DNA of 64,000 nucleotides from Lophium mytilinum (GCA_010093605.1 MU004194.1:472323-536322); one strand, 5' to 3'; shown: positions 12,560 to 24,727, counted from the stretch's first letter. A program made the numbers and translations. Notes: a model not told the origin generated them from the sequence alone.

Positions 12560-13075
12560 AAACTAGGTAACTTAATAGAGATAGATATACTAATAGAAGG
12601 TAGGGCTTCCCTTTTAATATACTCTTATTCTCTCTACTTAGCCTCTTTATAATTCTTTTCTTTTAACTTCTTAAGAGTATAGAAGCTATATTAAAGTATA
12701 TTTACTTTATAATACTTAAGTAGATTCTTCTACTTCTCTAGGCGCTCTATCTTTATAATTACTACTCTTATAGCTTTATAAGTAGTAGACTTCTTAGTAT
12801 AAAGCTTTACGCAAGTCTAATTAATACAGGCAACTAAGAGAAGTAAGTTAGAAGGTAATTAGAAAGAAAAGCTATCTATAATCTACTATAGTAACTCTAC
12901 TAGTATTATATTTTATATACCTATAATAAATATACTCTCTATAGTAATCTAAGGCTAAGAAAAGTACTTTATAGTCTAAGAACTACTTCTAGTAGAAGGA
13001 ATAAAAAACTATAGAGATACTAGAGAGAGTAATACGGGTACTAAGTATAGAGTATTATTTAACCTTATTAAATAT
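12560..13075 (-). pseudogene. Antisense accessory ORF relic of the chromovirus: Zn(II)2Cys6-like cluster plus coiled coil, one 46-nt intron
   Basis: Minus-strand 13003-12908 has TAT/TAC codons (RIPed TGT/TGC) spaced x2-x6-x9-x2-x7. Putative intron 12879-12834 has a CTAAC branch site and TAG acceptor. The downstream exon reads KIERLEK*KNLL... (heptad-like). Ends approximate. Confidence 0.7.
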
Positions 13076-13192
13076 AGTAGAAGAAATAAAAGAGTATAAT
13101 AATATTTAAGTAGTTAGAAGATTACTAGCTATTTATCTAAGATTCTACTATAGAGTAACTTTTAGGCTAAAAGCCTTAGAGGGAGAAGTAAG

Positions 13193-13665
13193 TATTATAA
13201 TCTATAATACTAAGGACTTAATTACTAAGATATTTAAGAAAGTAAGTAAGTAAATTAGATTAGTTATATATAATCTATATACGGGACCTAGAAGTATAAG
13301 AATTTAATACCTTAGCGTGCTAGATTCCTCTACCTAGCTATAAGGTTATAAGATAGAAGGTTATATAATAGATTAGAAGGATTATAATAATCTAAAAGAA
13401 TCTAGATTAAGAGAATTAAGATAATCTATATAATTTATAGATTTCTTAAAAGTTATCTTTTATATTTAAGTATACTTATTCTTATAAATAGAAACCTTAT
13501 ATTTAACTTAATATTAGTAACTTATACCTACTAATAAGTAACCCTATCTTATATCTAAGATTAATTTACCTTTTATTCTAAATAATATTGCACCTCTATA
13601 AAGACTTAAACTATACTCTACCTTATATAAGTACTTAAAGAGTATAGAAGAAATAACCCGTTATA
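13193..13665 (+). repeat. 3' LTR (473 bp)
   Basis: Follows the PPT, matches the split 5' LTR, and carries a single copy of the LINE target site (13348-13363). Confidence 0.95.
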
Positions 13666-13813
13666 TATACTTATCTAGAATATTTACGCTAGGCGTAATA
13701 AAGCTGCCTTTATTATTAGAGTCTTAGTCTAGATTAAGTTTATTAGTAATAGTCTAGTTCTAGTTTATAAATCTAGTAGTATTAACTTAATTATCTACTA
13801 AGTATTTAGGGCG

Positions 13814-13866
13814 CTAGGTATCTATATACTAGGTATCTATATACTAGGTATCTATATACTAGGTAT
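13814..13866 (+). repeat. 15-bp tandem repeat x3.5
   Basis: Unit CTAGGTATCTATATA repeated contiguously. Confidence 0.9.
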
Positions 13867-14859
13867 TATCTATAGTCTATAAAAAGGCTTAAATATTTAA
13901 AATTAGTTCTCTAGTTCTATATTAGAAGCTAGAAATAATAGCTAGTATAAAAGAGCTTTTAGCTACGCCTTAAAAGTATATAAGTTATATAGCGTAGTAA
14001 GCTTTCTTATTACTAGTAGTTAATAGAGTTATAGAAGTATAGGTAATAGATAGTTCTTTTAAAGTATTTAGGGCGGCGCTATTTATAGCGCCTAGAGTCT
14101 TTAGATTATCTTAAAGCCTAGCTATTAAATTAACTAGCTTATTTAGAAGAGGCGGTACTAGATTATAGTCTACTAGGTTAAATTTAGGTACCGCGCGTAG
14201 CTATATAGCTAGGCCGGCGGGTATTTAAATTATTTTAGTAAAAACGCCTAGATCTTAATAGAGTTCTAGAAAAATTTAATAAGATTCTAAGTATAAAAGA
14301 GTAAGCTTAGATTATATAGAGAGCTAATATAATATAAGTAATAAGGTATATTAACTATTATAAAAATCTAAGCTAAGAAGAAAAGAGAGAGCTAGAAGCT
14401 CTTAAGAGGTTATAGTTTAACGCTAGCGTATAGGCCGCGGCCTAGCGCCTTAGGCTAGCGTCTTACTTAGGTTATATAAGAGGCTGCATATAACTTTAGT
14501 ATATAATTATTATAATTCTAGGTTTATACTATAATAATATCTATATATATTTTAATAGAAATATTAGCTTAAAATAGTTTAGTATAGCTCTATTAATACT
14601 AGAAAACTATCTAAGATATAGAAGGTAAAAAATAAAGCTTTTTCTTTACTTTTAAGTTTAGATATATTTATTCTATATATAAACTATATAGCTATAGAGT
14701 TAAAAGTTAATTAGATATTATTATAGTAGTTAGATAGGTAGTAATTAATTATATAGTATTAAGCTATTTACTTCTTTCTTTCTATAACTTATAAAAATAG
14801 TCTAAAATTATAATAATATTATATCTAGATATTTAATTAAGCTTAACTAGACTATAATA

Positions 14860-16280
14860 ACTATTATCTACTACTATATCTACTCTAACTACTACCTAAA
14901 TTAATAGATTATTACTATTTCCTCTACTAACTATACTATCTTCTCTATCTTCTCTACTTTTTTTACCTTCTCTACTACCTCTATTTACTACTTCTACTAC
15001 CTTAATATAGCTATCGCGGCTAGAATAGTATCTATCTAATTCTTTAACTTCTTTTTACTCTTCTCTAGTAACTACTAGAAGCTCTATTAGCTCTTTTATA
15101 TTACCTTTTTAATCTAATTAAAATAAGTTAATATTAGCTAGATATTATCTTAGCGTAACTTCTTAAGCTCTAGTAAGGCTACCTGCACCTCTATTATTAT
15201 ACTTATTATCTTTATTAGCTAATTCTCTATAGTTCTATCTAAATTCCCTTATAATATCTTCTTTCTTTCTTTTTATAGTTTTAAAGTTTATATAGGTATT
15301 ATAGAAAGGTGTATAGAAGTATACGCAGAGCTATATCTATTACTATTTTTTTATTATTATTTAATTTCTTATCTATATACTTACTACTACTCTTACTACT
15401 ACTCTTAGTATTATTATATATTAATTTAGCTCTTAGTATAGCCTATAGGTTCTTTTAAGATATAATTTCTTCCGCAAGAATATATTCTATCTTATCTCTT
15501 TACTCCTGCTTAACGCGCTAGCGCGTATTAACTATAAGAATCTATTAATCTATTATAGAGGTATACTTATTAGTATTTTAATTAACTATAGTTCTAGTTT
15601 TTAACTCCTCTAGCTAAGTATAATATTTCTTTATTATCTTAGGTATAAATTTTAGTATATTTTTATAGAATATATCTATCTTCTTTAGTAACTTCTTCTA
15701 TACTATTTTCTATATATTTTTTTTTCTAGCTTTACTCTAGATATTATATAAGTTATATAGAATCTTAAAGAGCTTTATAGCCTATAGCTAAGTAAATAGA
15801 GTATTTCTTTTAGCCTTTTTCTTCTTTTTCTTTTTCTTCTTCGCGGCCTTCTTAGTAGTATTAGCCGCTGCCTTTTTATTAGCTTTTTTCTTATTCTTAG
15901 TAGCCTTAGCCTTTAATTTAGCCTCTTTTTTTTACTTTTTAATAGCCGCATTATATATATTAAGGTTCTCTAGATACTACTAATTCTTAGTATAAAAGCG
16001 CCTCTTTATTTTCTTATCTATATACTTCTTCTATTTTAGAAATTATCTTTTTTTAGTAGGTTTTATAAGAGAGGGCGCCTTAATTATAGCTATAGTAGAA
16101 TTAGTAGGCGTAGAGGATTTAGTAAGCTCTAGTATAGAAGGTAGAGAAACTCTAGCTAATAGTATAGTAGTAAGCTCTATAGTAGGCTATATAGTAGGCT
16201 ACTATATAGCCTTACTATACTTAATAGCCTACCTATTTAGCTTTTTAGCCTTTCTATTTTATATTATTTAATATATAGGC
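14860..16280 (-). pseudogene. RIP-degraded coding relic, Lys/Glu/Ala-rich coiled-coil protein of unknown family
   Basis: Minus-strand stretch near 15810-15925 still reads EAKLKAKATKNKKKANKKAAANTTKKAAKKKKKKEEKG; many RIP stops; no TE motif recognised; boundaries approximate. Confidence 0.45.
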
Positions 16281-17675
16281 AGGTATTATATAGGCTAAGT
16301 AATTATCTAATATATAGATAGGTATATAGGCTAAGTAAAATAGTAAGGCTAAGAAGAAAAATAGTAAGTATATATAGATTTATTAGCTAATAGCTCTATA
16401 GAAAAATCTATTATATTTAGATTAGCTAGTATTTAATACTATTATATAGAGCTCTTAATTTAGTATAGAATAGCCTAATCTATTAATTACTAAGATATTA
16501 AAGAACGGCTAATAAAATTAATACCTAGAGTTAATAGATAAAAGGGCGTATTTCTATATATAATAGCTAGAGCTATTAGCTTACTCTCTTCTAGCTATAG
16601 CCTATTATTTAGTAAGCCTCTTAGTATAGTATTATTTAAGAAAGTTCTCTATATACTATAAAATTTATATATAATATAAATAATAACGTGCCTAGAATTA
16701 ATATATAAGAAATTTAATAAGCCTATAGATATATAGGTAAGGCTAGCTATTTTACTATTTAAAATATTTAAATAGTAGTAGCTTATTTATATATAGATAT
16801 ATAGTATAGAGTATAGTAAGAATTATAGAAATTTATAATAAGTATAGCCTAATAAAGCTATATTATATTAAAGTTATAGGCTAATATTTCTCTAGCTATA
16901 TATAGTTAGAATAGTAAAAATTCTATAAAGAAATATTAATTACTTTATAAGTAATTAATATTTCTTTATAAAATTACTCTCTTGCTATATATAGTTAGGT
17001 ACGCCTAAAATAGTTAATCCAATTGCCAAGATTAAGCGATTTTTAGACGGAAGGCCTGCTGCATAAAGGCCCTATTTTGGCAGATGAGCAGGGAGACACT
17101 GGTTGCCGCTGGTGTAGTCCTAGTCCGCACGAAGTAAGCCAGGTCGTTTCAACCGTCAGCCACCGAAACCTAGAACATTTCATGGTAAATTCATCATCAG
17201 GGTAACAGGGAAAGAGCTGGAGATGACAGAACGATACCGTGACAGTCAGGTAGCCCAGTACCATCAAGCAAGTGAGTTGTTTGAAATGGCTCGGAGGAGT
17301 GAAAGAAGGATTAGCGCAGGAAATTCTACCGTTGGAAAACCCCCGCTAGACCCGTCGATCTAGTCAAGGCTCTCCGCGGGGAGCGCTTTAGCCAGAGCTT
17401 TCTCTTGCCTTAAAAAGCAGGCACAAAATTTACCTTAGGAAACCATATTTGTATTCAATTTTTGTCTACCGTACGGTAAGGATTCTTGTACCCTGGTATC
17501 CATTTCTTAGGGTTGACTCCAGTCGTCCACGGCTGTTGTCACAATGGGACAGGTAACTAGCTGAACCCAATTCCTCATTCATTCGTCCGCTCGTACGTAC
17601 ACAGGGAAGAGAAATATACACAAGTCCCATCGGAGACGCGAAAGGCCCACCAACCACGCAATCAATACCTTTGCC

Positions 17676-20600
17676 TCAACCTGCCAGCTCGTACTTCACC
17701 TTGAACTCCAACTTGTTTTTATCGAAGTCATGTTCATACGCCGCGACATCCTCGCAGTCCTCAGCATTTTCTCGACGTAAAGCCTCCTTAAGAGCCTCAA
17801 AGAAATTCGGTATTATCGCTCGAATATCGCGCTGAATGTCAGAGTTGAAGACATCACCCCGCCATGTCTCGCATATCTGCTTCCGCGACTTCTCCACAAA
17901 GGCGTCGAACGCTTCACCGGGCCCAGTGGCAATTACCCGACGCTCTTCCGTAGTTAAAGCAGCCCAAGTGCGCACCACGCCACTGTGGAGGTTGATGTGT
18001 CGCGAGCTGGGAGGTCCAGTATTCGGAGTGACGGATGGTAGGCCAGTCTTGCTCTCCTCGAAGCCACCACCGCGGATTCCAAAAACTTGGACCAAGTGTT
18101 CCGCCCTCGCATCTCGGATCTGCTGCAGCGATCGCAGATTCACCTCCATGGGTGTAGTAGGAATGAAGGAGGCATGGCATCGATCAAAGCCACAGTGAAG
18201 CACACTAGGACCGAATGGAGTTGAGAATGGAGGCAAACCGCTGTGAATAGCTACTAGCTCAGGGTTGATATCCTGGCGATCCTCACTGAGAAACGGAGCA
18301 AGAAGTATTGCGGCTACAACCGCCGCTGGAAGAGCTGATTGTGGGTCGAGCACTGCGGTAGCGATCGGGTGATTGTGCCTAGTATTCTTGAAGAAGTTTT
18401 GCGCAGACGTGTGAGCCTTTTGCTCTGACAGAAGCCAGTACACGAGGATTTGTATTCGTCCCATTATTTTCAATTGTTCTTCTGGCATCCAAGCGTCTAG
18501 CAGCTCGACCTCTTGAGAGAGACACGCCAATAGTTGCACCCAGAATTGCTCAGGTTCTCTGACGAGCGATTGAGATCCCCCGAGGTCCTTTGGTATAAGC
18601 GGCGCATTAAACTCTCTGTAAATTAAGCTGGAGAATTTTTGGCGCCAAGATGCTTCGCCGGACCTATCGTTTAAGAGCTGACCAAGAAATAGCGTTGAGA
18701 TAGAGTAGAGAACTTTGGAGATCTTCAGGGTCCGGATGAGATTATCTGAAAAAGCTCCAGACTTGGAACCAAAGGACAGTAGCTGCATGAAACCTTTGAT
18801 AGGATACGTTATGACGAAGCTTGCGACTCCGTTTTGTTCGAAGTCTTCAGCAGCCCATTTCAGTGCCTCGGGGAAAGACACCCAATCCCCAACTTCACTG
18901 AATGTTTGTCGGCATCTCGTAGATTTCAACATACTGGTTAGCATCCAGAGGAAGGTAGATCGTCGCTGAACAGCTTCGTTCTGTTCATCTGCCGAGGCAT
19001 TCCCGTCCTGCAGCATAGACCCGGCCCATGATTTTGTCTTTACAGTCTGCTCAAGAATCGTCATGAAAAGTTGAGACAGACCTGAAGCACCAGTCTGCAA
19101 GCCACCTGTCAAGGCAAGGTACAATTGCTGATTGATGTACTTCTTGTTCGATCCTTCGTACGCAAGACATGGAAGTATACCAGAAAGCCGTTCCTTGTAG
19201 ATAGAGAGGCCGGAGGGTCCGAGAAGAGCGCATTGAAAGCACACGTTCTGGCTCGAGACAAGTTCTAGGTTTCTCGGAGAGCGCCCAGCGGCCAAAGGAA
19301 AATTGAGAGCGAAATCTGCAGTGTTCGCTGCGGTTTCCTCTGGTTCGAGCACCTTCAAGGAAATCGACATGACCTCTTCGTCGCCGCAGCAGACTAGACA
19401 ATAGCCTTTATACGAAGGGACATCGAAGTCTAGGTTTGCGAGAGCCAATGTTGAGTCCGAAGAAACAACCGCCGCCCGTCGAGCCCGATTGCTACTCCTC
19501 GCGAGTATTTCAGCGGTAAATCCGGAGGATTCAATCTCAGTCAATTGTCTTAGAGCGGCATCAACTAGTTGGTTGCGTTTGCGCACTGCTTGTACTTCCG
19601 GGGATGAGGAGAACGTGGCAACCTTTTCCTGGTAATGTTCTCGATTCTTGGCGTGTGCTTCTCGTAGACGCTCCTGGAGTTCTTTCTTCTGACTTGGAGT
19701 GATTCCCTCGTCGCCCATGTCTGAAATTATTACAGCAGCCCCGGCTACATCTTCTAACTGCGGAGTTACTTGCTGCGACTTGTGTTTGGCGATGAAGGGG
19801 CGAAGTTCTGCTATTCGGCGCCGTATTTTGTAAGCAATGCACAGGTTGTTGAAAGCTTCTTCTGCAAGTAGAGAGAAAAGCTCATCGTCAGGCAGAGCTC
19901 CTGCTTTAACCAGTTGATCGAGGTCAACATACACAGGGCCGTGGTGAGCCTTTTCCCATTCTGGTCCCAAGTTGACTCCCTTTGGGAGCTTCTTGCGAAA
20001 TTCGTATTTGGGAACCGAGATGTCGAGGCTCCTGCAGTGCTTGAAGAATTCCGCTTCATTCTTAAACTTAGCGATCTCGTCCCAACTAGAGAGGTTCCTT
20101 GCAGAAGCTCGAGTATTCAGGACAGAGAAGCATCCCTTTGCAGCAATGATGTAGATACGACCCGTTTCGACTTCTTTGAATAGTATAAGAGTATCATGCG
20201 AGTTCGCAAAGAACGATATGCCCACAGAGATATCCTATATTTGCACAATGAGCACGTTTCATCCTAATTAAGGTGATCCAAGCGATAGACAGAAAAGGAA
20301 TAACACAATCGCATGGTAGAATAAATCGGATTTCTTACCGTTGTTTCCGGAGTGCTGCCTCGTGAGCCTGCGATGAGGAATACCACTGGTACGCTCAACA
20401 CATGGTGCTCCATGGCAAGCTCTGCCAGCTGATTTACGTCACTCCCGAACACCTGACCATCGGTCAAGAGAAACCAGCAATCTGACTTCTGGATGCATTC
20501 CAAGGCCTCTTTCTTCTTGAGGATAGAAGAAGGGGTGGTCCCACCATGGTCAGCCTTCCAATTGATTGCGGTGAGGCTACTCGGAGCATCACATTCTTGA

Positions 20601-20791
20601 CCCCATTTTGCAACTCGAGCCTCTTGGTTCACCGGGACGGATTCTACGAAAGCACGTTCGGAGTTAAGGACGCTGTTGTTGTTGAATCCTGCCGATCCAG
20701 AGGCATCAACAGCAAAGAAGCTCCGCGAATTGATAAATGAAGTATACTCGACCTGACTGTCAGAGGGGTCAGGTACGATTTTCCAAGACAT
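17676..20791 (-). CDS. vWA (MIDAS) domain protein, 1003 aa, resembling P94-type viral/eukaryotic proteins; exons 20791-20339 and 20234-17676
   Basis: ATG at 20791 (MSWKIV); GTAAGA...ATAG intron 20338-20235 joins the two ORFs in frame (PETT|DISVGISFF); MIDAS elements VDASGS, GGTTP and LLTDG; CxxC pairs CLVC and CFQC. Confidence 0.85.
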
Positions 20792-23688
20792 CACGTCAAA
20801 TAGATAAGCGCCTGATAGGCTTTGAGAAGGAGGAGCTGCAGTGTGATGTCTCAGGCCCAAGACGATTGTTTGTAGGTGAAAAGATGAAGATAATCTGGCT
20901 TAGACCGTGAGAAAAGCCTAGTGATATATGAGCGGCCAATGACTCAGGCTCCTAGGGCTGAGTCGTCGGTTAGGTGCCGTGTCATAAACTCCTCCTTCGT
21001 TAGCGCCAGTGCCTGGACTGTTGCCTTGGTTGCCGCCTCGGATTGCGTGTGGTGTTGCAGTAGTGTGGACAATTTACTGAACATGATTAAAATGTCTGGA
21101 CGCTAGGCTCAGACGGCATCGACATATTACTACACGGCCGAACAAACAGAGTGAAGCAAAACGAAAGCCTGACTCTCTTACATTCTCACCTAGTTCTGTT
21201 CAGCTATTACGGTAATTCAAGCTTATAACACTATGCTATGGGGCTCGGCTGCGTCTACTGAACCTAACACTGGCTAATTGAGTCTACAAAGTTGTCAATT
21301 CAATGTAAATAGCTAGAAGAGCTCTACTGTTAGTGCTCTAGCTACTTCTAGGCATGTGCCTCACTTCCAACCCAGCCAAAGGGCAGTCGCTCCATCATCC
21401 TCGTCAGAAGACAGATGGAAAAATCACATATTCCAAGGAATGCCAACATTCCCTTCACCCCGGAATACTGCATTCGCTAGACGATACACGACTGTCCGCG
21501 GATTCGGAGAGTTTGCCGAGAAGCGGGAGCTAGCTTAGCCCACTGGAAAGCTGCACTAGGGTTGCTGCTGTACGATGCCGCTCTCGAGTCCTCCTTGGCC
21601 CAGCATTGGCAAGGGCAGAACAGGCTAGAGTCCCCCTCAGCAAAAGTGCGAAGGGGGGCTACGCTCGGTGCATTATAGATCCGACCATCATATTACTTCG
21701 AAAAACTGACGCGTGCTATGCTAGAGGATTGGCTGATATCTGTGGATAGCGACGTGGGGTTTGAGGTCGAGAAGTGCACTTTCATGCACGAGCGGGTTCC
21801 CACAGTATCGCCGTGCGGGAGTGCTGCCGGACGAATGTCGGGCATCCCAATCGAGCATCGTATCCAGAAACGGACTGTTAGACGTTCGTGTTAGAAACAG
21901 ATGGTGAGTGGAAGAGTTTACAGCATCCGTCAGGCTCTACAAGTGCTCTTTGACCATGATCCGACCTATACCTTCACGTATCTTAGATACTTCAAATCTG
22001 CCTTCTTTTCATACGGCTTCGAAATCTAATCAGTAACGTTGATGTTCAGAGTCCCTACCTGCCTGACACGGATCGGTTCTTAAACTTCCGCGGCAGGGCG
22101 GTGGTTGGCGAGAATCGTCCGTGCAACCTTCTTTCTCTTCAACGTGAAGTAGAAAGTGGTACAGAGTTTCCGTCAGGTCACACGCTATTACTGGCGTGTG
22201 GTGCCATCAAGAGACCCGAGTACAATCCGGGGAAGGCGTTGAATAGCAAACCTGGCTGCTAGATTGAGTCAGTGGTGTGACAGCAGTGGGGAAGCGGGTC
22301 GATCAGCAACTACCCTTCTCGTGGCCGAGACTGATGGCAAGTTTGGGTATGGCTTCCCGTGCCGTAAGGCTGCAAGTGCTAAATCCGTGAGCTTCCGCCC
22401 TTCCCTGGTACATAATGAGTTCTTTATGCGTACGAACGCGAGGGCTAGAGGCGCAAGCGGTCGATGCCGGTCACTGCACGTGAGTCTACGGCTATGTGAT
22501 CCACTAAGTAGAAGCTAAAAGCAAGAAGAGAGTGCTACGGGCCTGAAACAGAAATCTCTATCAGATTTAAGCTTGATGATAGTGCTTGCGAAGTCATCTC
22601 TAAAGAATGTGAGGGATGGGTCCATGTGGCCAATACGGGACCTGGTCTCACGGTTCCCACCAGCAACGTCGGCAATACGGTTGTAGGAATAGACAGTCGC
22701 ATTTTCAGGCTTGCAGATTTCTTCAAGCTGCGTCCCGGTTACCGGCGCGCTTCACAATCCCGGTCGCCGCTGCAAGTCACCTACCCGCAACCCACATTGC
22801 CGATGCCCCTGCACACTACTAGCTGCTAGAGCGCACGCATCAAACGAAGCGGCACTTATCTTTATTTTTCGGGGTCTTGTATGACATATGGTTGTTGGCG
22901 ACCCATCATAGAGGCGTCATATCCGCTTATGCAGGTGGTGGTCCATTCGAAAGTGAGAGCTCACCTTGCGAAGATTAGAGCCATCGCCATCGTCGTTCCG
23001 CAGCCTGCTGTACAACACGAGGTTGCTGGGCCCATCAGATACGGAATTGTCACCTCGGACTGCTTCTCCGTGGCGAGCTGCGTGAGAGAGGTATTGCAAA
23101 GGCAATAGACGCCATGTAGAGCCCATGGCCGGCTCGATGCCATTGGGGGCAAAGTGGGCACAAAGGTTCCAGCTAGTCCCACTCGCCGATTTCTCCCCTT
23201 GGTGATGCTGTTCGCCGTGAGTATGCATAGGCTGGTGGGTGAAAGAGTCAATGTGATGAGTTTTCGCCCTCCATCAAAGGAAACGATTGGCTTCGGCAAG
23301 ACTGTGGAGACTTGACGAATACGTACTCACATAAGGTAGGTAGCACTTTTCAGAGTGCCGAATTCTTGGGAGCATGGGGCAACTGGTTATAAAGAAAGAT
23401 GATGCGTGCCGACAATCGCAACTTTCGTTTCCAGCTCCCCCTCTAAAACCTCTCCATACCTAGTCGTAGGCACTGTTACCTGCAAGTGGGCTAGTACCTA
23501 GCAACATATTTCTAGCACAGCTCAACAAAACTCGTCCGAACACGAACAGAAAGTGCTCATCCGCCACTGTCGTTCTCCCCTGGTGGTTCAGGCGACAAAA
23601 ACATCAGGTTCGACGTTTGTCATGTCATTTGCTCCTGACGGTCGAAACTGACGGTCTACCAGCTCTTTCCCTACGACACACATTCTCA

Positions 23689-23913
23689 ATGTGCCAGTAC
23701 GAGTCTATCAACTTCTCTTGCGGCCACAGTAGGCCTCGTCTGATCAAGCATTGCCACTTTGCACGCAACGACCCCAATCACCAATGCTTCGGAGCATGGA
23801 GCATTAAACGAGAATGGACCAATCCCCACGAGAACTGCGACATCTGTGTTAGGAGGGGTATGCCGCAGTACGTTGCTAGCGGGTATGATCCCAACTTTGC
23901 ACTGAGCAGGTAG
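23689..23913 (+). CDS. Small Cys/His-rich protein (74 aa), putative zinc-binding
   Basis: MCQYESINFSCGH...HCHFARNDPNHQCFG...CDIC; probable 5'UTR intron 23608-23662 (GT...CTGAC...CAG) and TATA-like TTATAAA near 23387. Confidence 0.7.
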   Translation: MCQYESINFSCGHSRPRLIKHCHFARNDPNHQCFGAWSIKREWTNPHENCDICVRRGMPQYVASGYDPNFALSR

Positions 23914-24727
23914 GAGAGTGCACAGGGCCAGAAAAGTTGGGGACGATAGTTACAGAGACTGGCAATGAGAAAGGGACAGTAGATAAGAGGAGGATTGTAT
24001 GTCACATACAAGCGTGGGGATCTTCAAGCGTTGTGAGCGTTTTGACGGCGGGAAGAATATTGCACCACTTACTTTGGGTTTATGGGTAGCGGTTATCGTT
24101 GGAGGATGGTATGTGTTCACAGATAGGTCAAGACGAATACTTAGAATAGTTTTGGTTCTGGATGCCGGTTTACCGGTGTTGATCCCAGCGATGACCTTGA
24201 AAGTCAGATGTGTGACGATGGTTTGATGAAAAGCTGATCCCGTGAGTAAAAAGCGCCACAATTTGGACCCTGCTGTAAGTCTTCCCAGATGATGGTGCTG
24301 CGCCATAGGTAGTCCAACGTACACATCGAAGACCCGCATTTTCTAGCGCTACATCCTACACACCAAGAGTTTAGATTAGACATATCTCGCCCCAGTGCCA
24401 CATACACGTTCTGTGTCAACAGGGGTACGCCAGCGCAACAATTTCATGACTGTTTCAGTGGGTGAAGGAGATTGAACTCAATGTACCCAGAGTCGCTGGC
24501 AGAGAATCAAGTAGCCTCAATTGACCCACTCTCCACTACCACCATCACAACGCATATTGTTGGTTGTTGAGGCTCTACAGTGGCACCCTGCCTGCCGTTG
24601 TTCATGGCACACGAGATAGATAGGAAAAGTGGCTCAACTGCTCTAGAGCCTTTCACACGGAGTCCATGTGAGATTCCCCACAGGTACTCCGATGCGACAC
24701 CAAGTCTCCGGTTTGCGGGGAAGGAGA

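Larger units (their letters stand above)
313..13665 (+). mobile_element. Ty3/Gypsy LTR retrotransposon (chromovirus), RIP-inactivated, 5' LTR interrupted by a LINE
   Basis: Paired 473-bp LTRs; polypurine tract AGAGGGAGAAGTAAG at 13178-13192; flanks TGCGC (308-312) and TATAC (13666-13670) differ only by RIP-type transitions; domain order gag-RT-RNaseH-IN-chromodomain. Confidence 0.95.
1..17020. repeat. AT-rich, RIP-mutated repeat compartment
   Basis: Strong TpA excess and CpA/TpG depletion, almost no open reading frames, and TE motifs readable only after reversing C>T/G>A changes. Abrupt switch to ~50% GC at about 17,020. Confidence 0.95.

Noticed and set aside
20792..20860. N-terminal extension of the vWA ORF from a TTG start
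   Set aside because: The ORF track uses bacterial-style alternative starts; the first ATG is at 20791.
21100..23380. Several 60-112-aa ORFs in the intergenic region
   Set aside because: No recognisable motifs, overlapping on both strands, no coherent splice model.
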